Assembly (NCBI GenBank): GCA_905178155.1
Contig: CAJINV010000010.1
Coordinates: 885,092 to 949,091 of the forward strand
Source of the DNA: Amoebophrya sp. A120
Lineage: Eukaryota; Protista; Dinoflagellata
Length of the DNA: 64,000 nucleotides
Direction: 5' to 3'
Part shown: in pieces, positions 24,401-36,400 of the stretch
How the letters are laid out: every line of letters starts with the position of its first letter
Numbering within the stretch: position 1 is the stretch's first letter
The notes under the pieces: generated by a model
The model's database searches: none
The model's input: the letters and a program-made list of their open reading frames with translations, nothing else
Told to the model about the DNA's origin: nothing
Translations under genes and position numbers: made by a program

Positions 24401-27400
24401 AAGTCCAACGAAGATAAATCAAATGAAACTCACGCTTCTCTGCTGAAACCTTCGCCACGGGAATTTGTTCTTCCACGACCGGAATCTCGAGTGAACGATC
24501 ACCAATTTCTTCGACAAGATCGATTAAAAAGAGATCTCGGAGTCGCTAAAAGACAGTGGTAGCGGAAGTACGAGGCTTCGTACTTGTACCACAAGCGGTC
24601 TTCCACTTCGAGTACCGAGCCCAACGAGAAAAACTCCGAAGCGACCGAGATCATGGTGACGTCTTCCGACGAATCCATGAACGGAGGTTCGCCTGCCGAC
24701 CAGGCGATGCTGGCAAGCGAACCTGGATCCGCCCCGGCAGCGAGCAGCCCGGGACCGGCGAATGAAGATGAAAATTCTGCTTCTGGAAGTTCGTCTTCTG
24801 CGGTTTCCCACACGTCGTGGCAGATGGTGCGGGTGCAGAACATCCCGCCGCCACCGCCGGGAATCCCGCCGGAAATCCGGAACAACAATTCGAAAGGTAA
24901 AAACTACCAGTGGCAACCTAACGCACAGCAGGGACTGCGCGCACAGAAGCGGTCTCGCACCGACGAGCAGCTGACGCCGTACCAGCAACACCACCAGGTG
25001 GGAAAACACGGCAAGGGCAACGCGCAGTACCAGAACAAAGGAAAATCTGGATACACTGACCGCGAATTAATCGAGGCCACTGGAACCGTGATGAAGGGTC
25101 GGACCAACATGCTGGCTGGCGCCGCGATGCAGCAGCAGGGTGAAATCGACCAAATCATCGATGCGGGTACGCAGCTGAATCATCAGCAGCAGCAGCAGGG
25201 TAGTACGATTAACAACATCATCTCCGCCGGGACCGATCTGAACCAACGTCAGAGTGAGATGGAAAAGGTCACGGAAATGATCGCTGCGATGCAGAAGAAA
25301 CAGGAGGAAACTATCGCCGCGAACAACCAGAACCTGCTGCGGGACGGGTCTACCATCTCTGTTGCTTTCCAAAAAGTTCACGACGGTTTCAGCGAGATGA
25401 GTGAGAAGTTCAAGGATCAGCTCGAAAATCAGCAGAACAGCTTGACGAAAACTTTCAACGAGCTGGAGCTCCGTGTCGCGACCGAGGTCGGAAACATGCG
25501 GCAAGAACAACGCCTGTTCCGCGAGTCCATCGGAAAAGAAGTGTCCGACATAAAAGAGAAAGCTGCTGAGCAATCCGAAAATCTCCTAAGTAAAACGAAC
25601 ATCGTGGAAGGAAGGCCAGTCGATGAGGAAGTTGTGACCATGGAAGAGCTGCAGGAAATCCACCTTGATTTCAAGAAACAGTTGCGGCAAGAACTGGATG
25701 AAGAAATGCAGAAGAAGATCGCTGGCATCGAAAACGAGGCCAAGATCGCGAGGAAGTTTGCTGAGGACAAACTGAAGGAGCAAATCAGAGAAAGCCGCTC
25801 TAGCAACAATCTGCACCGCATTGAAGAGGAAAACCATTGGGAATCCAGTGAAGCAGCCGAGTACCTGAATGAGATGGTGGATAAAATCAGGAACATCGAC
25901 AACCGCCTGAGCGGCACCCAGAATGGTTTCAAAAACAAGAATCCCGAAGGCTTTGAGAAAGCTTCGGCGAGAAAGGACGCCGAGCGGCTGATGCCGAAAA
26001 TGGTCAAGGCGGGTCTGCTCGGGGAGAAGCGTGACAAGAACGGAATTATCTACAACAGTGGGTATTCCAACGTGGATCCCGCAGTGCTGATCAACAAGAC
26101 AAGCACGAGCAGACGTGGTTCTCGCGAAACCGAGCAGGATCTGCCGCACTTCGTGACTGGCGCAAACCGCATTCCCGTGAACACCACTAGCACCAAACTA
26201 GTCAGTGAAAATCTGATCAAGCTGGAACAGTCTGGTGAAGCCAACCCTTTCCTCGACCGCAAATTCGGAATCAGTTTTGGTGACGATGATGACGGTGATG
26301 ATGATAAGAAAAACTACAACAACCACCGCGGAAATAACAACGGCCGCCGAATCGGAGGCGGAGGACCGGGTGGTGGTCCGAGTGAGGGATCCGGAAACGG
26401 GAATGGCCGCGGTGGCGGAGGCCACGGAGGCGGCGATGGTGATCACGGAGGGTCGCATGGCTCCAATCCCGGAGGAGGCGGTGGTTCGTGGAACTCCCGC
26501 GGTTCTGGCTGGGGTGATCCGTCTGGAGGCAGCCCATCCGGAGGTGGAGGTGGTGGACCGGGTGATGATGACTTCCGCGGAATCATGGAGAACGACAAGT
26601 TTCGTTTCACCCGGATGCAATTTGAATCCGATTATTGCATTGAAAACGGAATCCGCCTGGACCTCGGAGAAGCAGCTCCAGCCCATTACGTCCTGATCAT
26701 GAAGGACCGCATGGTTGACTTCCCGCCCCCGACGATTGAGAGTCATTCCAATCTCTTTTCCTGGTTTCGCGCCATGGAGTCGTACTTGAAGAAGTTGACG
26801 AAGGAATCCGATGGCGTGCGGAAACTCTTTCCCTTCGAGTACGAATCCCAGTTCATCGAGGAGCTCATCTACAAGCTCGATGATGAAGCGCGGAAGGCAT
26901 CGAAGTTCGCGAGATGCATGAAGGAGGGGATGAAAGCGAATCTCCGCCGGTGGAAGATGAACCGGAGCAAGCGGGAGACGCTGACCTTCCGAAACTTGAT
27001 CGAGGTGATGTACTCCAAGTACAAGGCCGGCTTCATCAAGGGGAAGGAGGAAAACGACCGATTCTACAACTTCACCATGAAGAAGGATGAATCGGCGAGA
27101 GAATGCCTCCAGCGCTACTTCCAGGCGGCGGACGATGTGGGTGTGAGTTTGACCATGACGACCGCGATGGAACGGAAACACACCTGGCAGCAGTTCCAGC
27201 GGCGGGTCGGGAAGTTCTGGCCGCGGAAAATCACGTCGGATTTTATGTTCGATAAGGAGTACCGCACCCCGCATGTTCCCCACCTGGAAATCCTCCTCAA
27301 CTACCTGGAGCACAAGGAAGAGGTGGATGTGTTGCACTATCAAGCAGACAACACGGTGGAAAAGGAGCTTGGTCTAGGGGACGCCGCGTTTCCGAACCAG

Positions 27401-30400
27401 GAGGGTGAGCCATCCGAGGGAGGATCTGACGATGACGACGATGAGGATGGTGACGAGGCCTACGCAGCGAAAGCTGGTGGTGACAAGAACGGCTTCCGCT
27501 TTGACCCCACCAAACAGGATGGAAAATGGCCGACCAACTACAAGAAGTCGGGCAAGTCCTGGGGTAGCGGCAAAGGCAACTCCAATAAGAACGGCCAGGG
27601 GATGACCAGAAAGCGTTTCGGAAAAACCGGAATGAGGGCGATCCGCTGCAGAAACTGCCTCTCCACCAAACATCGAGCCGAGGATTGCGAATACGACACG
27701 AAGGTGTTTTCGACCTGCTTCTCGAAGACGCACATGAGCAAAGACTGTCGCTTTGGTGCGAAGGATGGAATCGCGAAGGTCATGGCCAGCAAGGAGTTCA
27801 AGTCCCAGGGGCATGCGGAAAAGGCAGCGATGATCTTGGAGGAATTAGCCAAGATGGGCGAAGACATCGATACGGTGCTGCTGGTGTGTGTAAACAAAAG
27901 CGACGAAGAACGCAGTTTCGTTTTGAACGAAGACGCAGCCAGCCGTGAAAAGGAGACGTGCTTGTGCAACTGCGAGGTCTTTGCGATGGGACACGATGAT
28001 GATGGGGAAACCTGCTTCCCGGCGAAAGAGGGTTTCTAGGCTGGGCCCGGAACCCTGGAGAAAACTCGACGAACGAATCAAAATTTACCAGTAGTTCGCA
28101 GCTGCGCGAGGAGAAGCAGACTACGAACAAATTTTGTATCGACAATTTTGCACAGACGGTTTTAAAACGAGCATCTTTCGCTGCCAGTACTGAAGAACCT
28201 GTCCAGTTCGAGATCATTGCGGACGGCAGGGAAATTTTGGAACAAGCTACCAATCCCGACGTTATTCGAGCACGAGAACTATCCGAATTTCCACAACTTT
28301 CCATAGCCGACACGGCCATAATTTCGAACGAGAGCTCCTCCATCATGAAAGAAGAAGAAAGCGCGTTGTTCACCACAGAGGTGGACACTGCTCAGGTGGA
28401 CAACGGCTACAACAAGCGTAGTTACATCACCGAGAAAACAGCAGACCACAGCGAGACCAAGGCCGAGAAACACGGTCTGGCAGTGCCACGAGTCAAGTGC
28501 GGACAGTCGGCGGAGGGAATAGGGGGCTCAAAGAAGCGAATCCTCCGGCGAGTCGTGATTCCGTACAAACTCGTTTCCGTCGACGACGAGACGTACTGCT
28601 TGGGTTTTGAAAACAGTACCGTGACCGACCATGGTCCAAATCTCGCTGGTTTAGAATTGCAAATCAAGTGCTTCCTTTCACAAAGGTGTATCCCCGGAAA
28701 ACCGGAAGCCATCGTCGGCCACGATGGAAAAATCATAGTAAACTTCGAAGGAAAAAACCAGATCTACATGAAGATTTTCAACTTGAACGAGCGTGATTAT
28801 GACCTGTTGCGGGAAGTACAGAAACGAGTACCGCAGGAGGATTGGTGTCGCCCGATCTTCGGAACGAAGATTAAATTGAAACCGGGCGAGACCACCACTT
28901 TTGATTTTGATCCGATGCCGCTTCAGCACTACGAGAAGTTAGCCAAGCGGAGTGCCGTCCTCCAGGAAGCAGCGGGAGCAAACGAGGAAGAAATCGTCCA
29001 TCGAGCGGTAGAAAGCAACAACGACTTCGAGGAAGAATTCGCCTTTTCCGCAGCACAACTTGGCCGAGAAAAACTCCGTGCCGTTGAGAACACTGAAGCT
29101 GAAGACGAAAAGTTGGAGCTTCCCACACTCGTGAATCTCCGGGATCACGGGTGCTCGTGGACAAACCGCACTTCCATCAAGGAGTGGGAAAATCGAGACC
29201 CGCGGCACTGCTACATCGGAAGAGGATCGCCTTTCGGAAACAAGTTCGTGGTTGGAATCGATGGGAACAGGCGAGAAGTCTGTGAAAAATACCGGAAATG
29301 GCTCTACGAGTCAGGAATGATCGCAGAAGCGCGACTAGTACTTCCGGGAAAAATCCTTGGCTGTTGGTGTTGGCCGAAGGAATGTCACGGACAAGTGATC
29401 ATCGACGAAATGCAGCCCGAGCAAGCTGGACCAACCCAGCACGGTGGCGGCTCTAGTAGCTCTGTCCCTCCTCCGTTTCGTCTTGGCGACAACGCAGAGG
29501 ATGATGGCATGTGGAACGTGTCGGTGGAGGAAATCCGTAGACCAGGAGATGTTGGCGGCTACGGTGTCTACCGAGTCCTCGACTACGGACAGGACAAGGT
29601 TCCCGAGACGCCTGAATTTCTACGAGAACGGGTGCGGCTGCGACGCGTAATCGACGTAAAGAAACAGGAACGCGTGGTTGATGATCTCCGAGGGGACTGG
29701 ACCAAGCAAAGCTTCCTTGATAGCAGACCAGCAATACCCCAAGGGCGAGAGCGGTATGTCACCACGGATTTTTATTTCCACATTGCGGACGATGCCGCAA
29801 CAAGGCGAACCGCAAAAGAGAAGTCCAAATCCTACCAAGAACGAGGTCTTCTTTCCAACGAATCCCATCCTACTGTGAAACAGTTCCTCGGCAGCATCGA
29901 TTATGGTGCAATCGGGAAGGGAGTAATGAAGTCAGGAGCGCATCAGAAAAACAAGCCGGGCGAGGTTCTGCTGAAGGGAAAACTGCAGGTGCCGGAGCGG
30001 CTTGACAAGGTGAAAGTGTACACCTGCCGTGCGATCAGTGATCTGCCGGTGCCGATGCGGCACGCGGGCAAACGCGTCCTCGTAAACGAGGAAGAGATGA
30101 TTCAAAAAGTCATCAACGCGCATCCCGAGCTGGAGTTTGACGTCAAGCAGAAACGCATCAGGACCGGTTTCCACGCGGACCTGATAAACGCCATTCCTGA
30201 CGACTACATCGCTAGCCTCGTAGGAAAGATGAGGAAAGAACCAAACAAAAAATTGGTGCTGATCGACGGAAGTGGACTTGGATTCGCCGTGGCAGTAGGA
30301 GAGCGCTTGCGGCTCGCAGGACATGGAAGTGAAGCTTTCCACGCGAGCGCGGCGAAGGAGCTCTACGTGTTGGGGTACAAGCTTTTAAGCACGGGTGAAG

Positions 30401-33400
30401 CAATCCGCTACAGCAAGGAGGAGCAGCTGCGAGTCGACGGAGCTGTGTCGTGTTTGGCCGACATTCCCGAAGAAGAACGTCGAAAAATCCGCGCTCTCCA
30501 GGAGATTTTGTGTCTCAGTGGCAAGATTGCGAGCGAGAAGGCTTGCCTCGAACAGTGCCGGAACCGCATGAAAAGTATCCCTGAGGAGAAGTTGCGGGAG
30601 CTGGTGATGCTGCTGCGACGAGACAGTCGAGCGAACCTTCACTGGGGCAGTAAAGCACGAAGCAAGAGCCTGGATGCATACGACTACGAACTTGCATCTA
30701 TGTCGGGAGGTTTGTCCCTCGTGGACACAACCTTCATCACCGAAGGAGATGTGATATACACGGTCATCGGCATTATGTCCGTGCCCGACAAGAGATCAGG
30801 ATCGTTTGTATGCGGCACGAAATGGAAGTTGAGTCGAATGCTTCAAGGTGCCGAGGTCACGGACGCAGAAAAGGAAGAGATCTGCGCAGGCATCATGCTA
30901 CAGATGCGCCAGGGTCTTGGGGCGCGTTTACTCGCAGGGAAGGGCTCACCCAGCAAGGAGGACGTGATGAGGGCGATGTACTACTTCTTGCAACAGAAGT
31001 TGGTGAGACGAAAAATATACGCGGACGCTGGACTGGAAAATCTGGCGCTTGAAGAATGGGTTGCACTTCAAAAATCCGGCCGAACAGTCACGCTGCTACC
31101 AACGGGAACTCCCGTCTACCTGCTGGAGCGGAGGTTCTTAACCATCAAAATGCTCTACAAGCGGTTGAGGCGAATCCCCGCATTTATGCATCTCCCACTC
31201 GAGATTTTGTTAAACGAAATACACGAGTGCCTTGCTAACCTGCCGAGTGCAGGCAAGGGCGGAAGAACATCCGCAATGGAGTTTTGGGGGATTGAAGAGA
31301 GTAGTCCGGAAATGGTGGTGCATCCGGACGATGCGGCCGTGCGCGGCTTCGAGGGCGATCAGTCTGCCTATCGCATCAACCGACTCTCGGAGGCCCGAAC
31401 GCGCATTTGGTCCGAGACTCTGGCGCTTCTGTCTGACCCCTCGTTTATCAACGCCGTCGAGAAAGTTCTCGCGAACTGCAACGCCCGCCTGCGGATAGAA
31501 AAGGACTCCAACTACGACGTTGGAGAGCGAGCTAACATGTGGCAGCCCAAGGCGAAGGCGGATGCAGTTGTGACGATTGTTGATCGGGAAATGACGAAGG
31601 GGGCTGGTGGCTACGAGTTCACGGTGAAAGGAAAGTCCGGCTTTAGCAAAGTTAACCCGAACCTCATCTCACCGATAGTACACTACGACCAGTACTGTGA
31701 TTTCCTCGACCACGACCACCTGCCGATCAAGACAGAAGACTACCAGCAGGGCGGAAAACTTTTTCTGGCGCAGAGAAAATACGAACAAGATCGAGCTGAG
31801 TATGAAGCAGAATTTAAAAACCCGCTCATGACGGCCACGCACAACGGTGGCGCTCCTGAGCCGTTTTGGTCTGTTCCCCCCCCGGGCGGGGTCCGTTCTA
31901 AGGAACGAAAGTCAGCACTCTTGCAAAACGAAGATGAAGAAAACTTCGAACAACTACAAGATGCTGAGGGGAATCTCAACCTCGACAAGAACGATGACGT
32001 GCTAGAAGAAGACGAGGAGCGCGAAGAACAGGACGAACAACCGAACGCCACCGCGGATGTTGAGCAACCGCTTGCAACCGAGATGCCCGAAGAACCTGCT
32101 GGTGAAGATGAGACATCTGTTAGCGAATTCGTGCACGCTGCAAACGAGAAGAGCGAAAACTTCGTCAAGAACACCGCGTGGTCTCGTGTCCTAGAAACAG
32201 AACCCGACTTGCCAGAGGATGCTAGCAAGGAGGAAGTGCCCGCTGATTTCAAAGAGCAGCACCAGTTTCTTCGATTTCCAGGAAGAAAGAATCGGCGAGC
32301 AATCGGGAAAGTTCTAGATCGAACTCCTGCCGCAGTCCTGAAAGAAGGCGAGCTCGTGCATCAGATGTTGGAGCATGTGTTGTTCCAGAAATACGACGGA
32401 GTCCGCATCACACCGTACTCGATGGAGTTGTGCGATGCTTTTGTCGAGTGGGAACACCGAGTCGGAATGCCACACCCGGAAATTCAGTCGGAGCATTTGA
32501 TGGTGTGGAACAAGGAGAAGATCCGGCTCGTGAAAACCAAAGAAGAGTACGACAAGCACGGCGGCGGAAAAGTTCTGAGGATTGTCCTGTGGAAACTCCT
32601 TCCACTAGAATCCTATGAAGAACTCGGACTCGTAAGTATTTTCGACCAACGTGTAGCGCGACACGTCGAAGTGGTCCGGAAGATCTCTGCTGCTCTCAAA
32701 TTTGCAGACTGCGATCACTCGTTTATCGAGTCGGAATCCGGTTTGGGGATTCCAGCCCTGCTGATCAAGGCGCATGTGAAAGAGTGGGGAGGACTTTTCA
32801 AGCAGGAGCTGATCGCGAACTACCGGCCGGGTATGCTCTGTGCGAGCGAACGAGTTCTGCCTAGCCGAGCGCTAGCAGATTTGAAGTTGGTTAGTCCCTT
32901 CCACTTCAAGGTCGCTGTGAGGCTCGTCCCCGGCGGACACAAAAGTAGTGTGTCTGCGAGTGCGGAAAGTCCAACCATCGGCGAGTACGACTTGAACTTG
33001 ATGCTCAATTCTCTCCGCTACGTGCGCGGTAAAAGAGTAATCAAATCCGGAGATGTGCCACGGGCTTTCCTCCGGAATTTGAAGTTCAAACCGGAAAACC
33101 GACCAAGGTTTTGCTTCCCCGCCAACACCTTCAGCCCGGACTTGCTGAAGACCCTGCGTTCCGAATTCGGGATTGGCAAGGAAAGTATCTTTGTCATGAA
33201 CATCAGCCTGTATGGGCTCAAGGAGGCGGCTCTTATGTGGTATCGCACCATAAGCCAATTCCTTGAAAGCATCGGGTACAGGATGTCTCCGGATTCCCCT
33301 TGCGTCTTCGTCCGCGGTAGGAGCAAGGTTTGCTTGCACGTGGACGATCTTCTTTTTGGAGGTGAAGAAGAAGATTGGAAACTGCTCGCGAGACAGCTGG

Positions 33401-36400
33401 CGGAACGCTTCGAGTTGCACACGTGGAACGATGCCGAAGCTGGTCTCATTTACACCGGGATACATGTTCTGCATCGAGCTGAGGAACAGAAGGTGAAGAC
33501 AAACATGCAGCACAAGATCGACGAGCTACTTGAGATGGACTTCCAGGCTTCCCCCACTGAACAACTAACACCAGAGTTTGTCACAAAACTCAAGGGTGCG
33601 CGCGGCAGCCTGTTGTTCATTGCTCGACGACATGTGGAATGCAAATTCCCCACCCGCTCCATGGCTCTGGGCGCAGACGAGGCGAAGACTTTCGAATGGA
33701 TCACCGGGACGAACGGAATCATCCAGCGTTTGAAATCCGACACCCGCGGGATCGTCTTCGACCTGTCCTACGAGAAGGAAGTTATCGTCATGCTGCCGGA
33801 TGCGTCATACCAGCATCCCACCGCCAAGGAAGAGCCGGATGGTGCAAATCCATGTGAGGAAGAAAACGACCTCGACGCCCGTCCAGATTTTGCTTTCTCC
33901 AACACCGAGCTTGACCAGCGTAGAGCCGTCACTGAAGCTCTGTCGGAAGGTGTGATGCACGCCGACAGCTTGGAACAAGCAATGGTGATGATGCAAAAGT
34001 CGGAGACGGAGCGCAGGAAAAGGAAACGATATGCCGCAGTTGTTATCCCGACAAACGAGGAAGACAAGACTACTGCCGCTGCTATTCGTCTTCGCCCAGT
34101 CCTGGGGCACGTCCTGCTGTCGATGTCAGAAGCCGACCTTGACAACTACATGCGGAAACAGCAATCTTTGAAACGAGTATCAACTTTGAAAGAGTACGAC
34201 GGTTTGGAACGAGTAAAGATCAGGTGCACCTACATTGGTTCCGACACCATCTTTTTCTCCACGGCGAAGGCGTCCTCGTACGCAGCCGAGATGGAAGCAA
34301 TTGCCGAAAGTTTTCCTATTCTCGAAATGGTTCTTCGAAAATATTTTGCATGGAAAATTTCGGTGCGGTCTTTCCTGCTGTCCGACTCGAAGAGCGCGGT
34401 GACGAGAATTCTCTCGAAATCCGTCATATCCACTGCGGATGCGGATGTTTTCAAGCCGCTGGCGCGCATCAAAGATGCATTCTTCAGAAGTGAGTGGCAA
34501 ATTGGTTCCATCGCGGATCGTGCGAACGTCTCGGACGTGATGACAAAGACGGCGACCGGGTACAAGATGCAGGACTTCCTGGAGATGTTGGAAGGAACAC
34601 TGAGCATCCCCCTCGGTCAGATGTTCATCTATCAACGGAAGTACGCCTGGGAGAAACCTCTCAAACAAACCGAACAGGAAATTTGAACGGAAAAATTTTT
34701 AGAAATTGGTTTTGAACGTCGAGCGGAAGTCGGGCCTATGGTCACCTACCCGATTTAGCTTCTGTTGCCGACGCTTCAGGACAACAACTACCTTTTGCTT
34801 CTGTGTCCTCTGTTCTACCAGTTCCAAGAAAATCAAGATCGACATGCACGAGGACCAGATTCTATGTTTCGAACTACATGAAATGAAATCTTGCTGAGGA
34901 TCGCGAACTCCGACCTGTTACAGCAAGCATAGACGAAGAATTCCGGCGCCCAGTTTCAACCAGTCCTGTCAGCAGAAAATCTCTACATGAAGTTTTGGGG
35001 ACGAGGTTAGTCGAGAAGTACCGTCATGAAGAAGTAACCTTTTTGCGAACTCTTTTTGTTTCCTCTCGTCGCGGCCGTTTTCTACGCGGACGAGTTGAGT
35101 GTCATAAAGTACGAGTAAGTTTTTTCTCTTGCAATTTTGTCTTGCAGAACGGGTGTTGGGAACGAGACTTCGTCCTGAAAACTTCTTTGGGGAGTGTGCA
35201 CCGGAGTCGTCCCCAGCGCAGAACCTGTTCTACTTCGTTCAGTTACGATTGGCGAATTTCTTTGAAAGGACAACGAATCCGTCTCGAGTTAGGGATTTAC
35301 GGAATCGGTTGATCAGCGGGTTTCACAGCTGGAAAATAGTACGGACGAGAACCGCGGATACTGTTGCAACCGCAAGAAACCTGGATGGAAAAAGAGCCAT
35401 GGGGTTTGATCACCGAACGTGAAGAGTCATCCTACACGGAGAGGCGAGTGCCGGGGGATCCCGACGAGTATACGGGCGGTGGTTAGGGTTGAAGAAAAAT
35501 CTCACCGTGTCTTTCTTTTCTCCCCCCCCGGCACTGTGAATATCGTCTTTAGATGTTGTTCGCAGTGTCGGAGAGATTTGATTGATACGAGAGATTCGGA
35601 GAGTACGAGGGGAAATAAAACTCGGACAAAGTTTTTGTGATTGCAAAATGCACAAATCGGACTTTGGTTTATGTTTCTATTTTCATGAGTGCTCGCATTA
35701 CAAATTCATTCTTTTCTTGTTTTGATTGTTTTGCTTTTCACATCACAAACATCAATGAACCCTGCTTCACCCAAACTCTCTTGCGCGTGTGTAACTTTGT
35801 ATTCGTGGCTCAAGCCACTATACGTTGTAAGACATTGTGTTGACAAGTCCAACGAAGATAAATCAAATGAAACTCACGCTTCTCTGCTGAAACCTTCGCC
35901 ACGGGAATTTGTTCTTCCACGACCGGAATCTCGAGTGAACGATCACCAATTTCTTCGACAAGATCGATTAAAAAGAGATCTCGGAGTCGCTAAAAGACAA
36001 TATCTGTGATACCAGGACCTGCATTGCAGACCTCTCGGGTCATGCAAAATGTGCGTGACAAGCCTTGCAATCTTCCAGACCCAGACATTTGCGCAATCCA
36101 TACGGGGAATGTGCATGATGATGGAACGCGTGATATTATCCTGAGTAAAAACGTACCCACACCAGAGTTGTAATGCAGATTTGCAAAGACAGGAAGACTC
36201 GTAATGCGCATCCCCATGAGAGCCATTTCCAATCGTGTTTTGGAATTTGTGATGCTGTGAACAGGTTGAGTAGCTGGATTTGTGATGCGGCTGCACTTGC
36301 TAACCTGCACTACACTGCAGAGCGCAACTTGTCATGCGTGACTCACAAAACTCCTAGGTTTGTGTTGCAAAATCCCCATCCTGACTCTGGTGTGGGTACG

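Larger units (their letters stand above)
24091..35999 (+). mobile_element. Full-length Ty1/copia-type LTR retrotransposon
   Basis: Two 465-bp TG...CA LTRs, ATAT on both flanks, gag-like ORF1, and pol in PR-INT-RT-RH order. Confidence 0.95.
23907..36102. mobile_element. Family A TIR intron interrupted by the copia element
   Basis: 5' half 23907-24090 and 3' half 36000-36102 together form one family A element. Confidence 0.8.

Noticed and set aside
26198-27343. 381-aa minus-strand ORF, and other long antisense ORFs such as 50696-51961
   Set aside because: Antisense shadows of real coding sequence, or read-through across element DNA; no recognisable motifs.
28005-28011. GGGAAAC as the frameshift site
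   Set aside because: It is out of phase with ORF1 codons (GGG GAA ACC); GGGTTTC at 28030 is in phase.
30247-30330. KKLVLIDGSGLGFAVAV in Pol as a phosphatase or rhodanese loop
   Set aside because: No catalytic Cys or Arg; resemblance too weak without a profile search.
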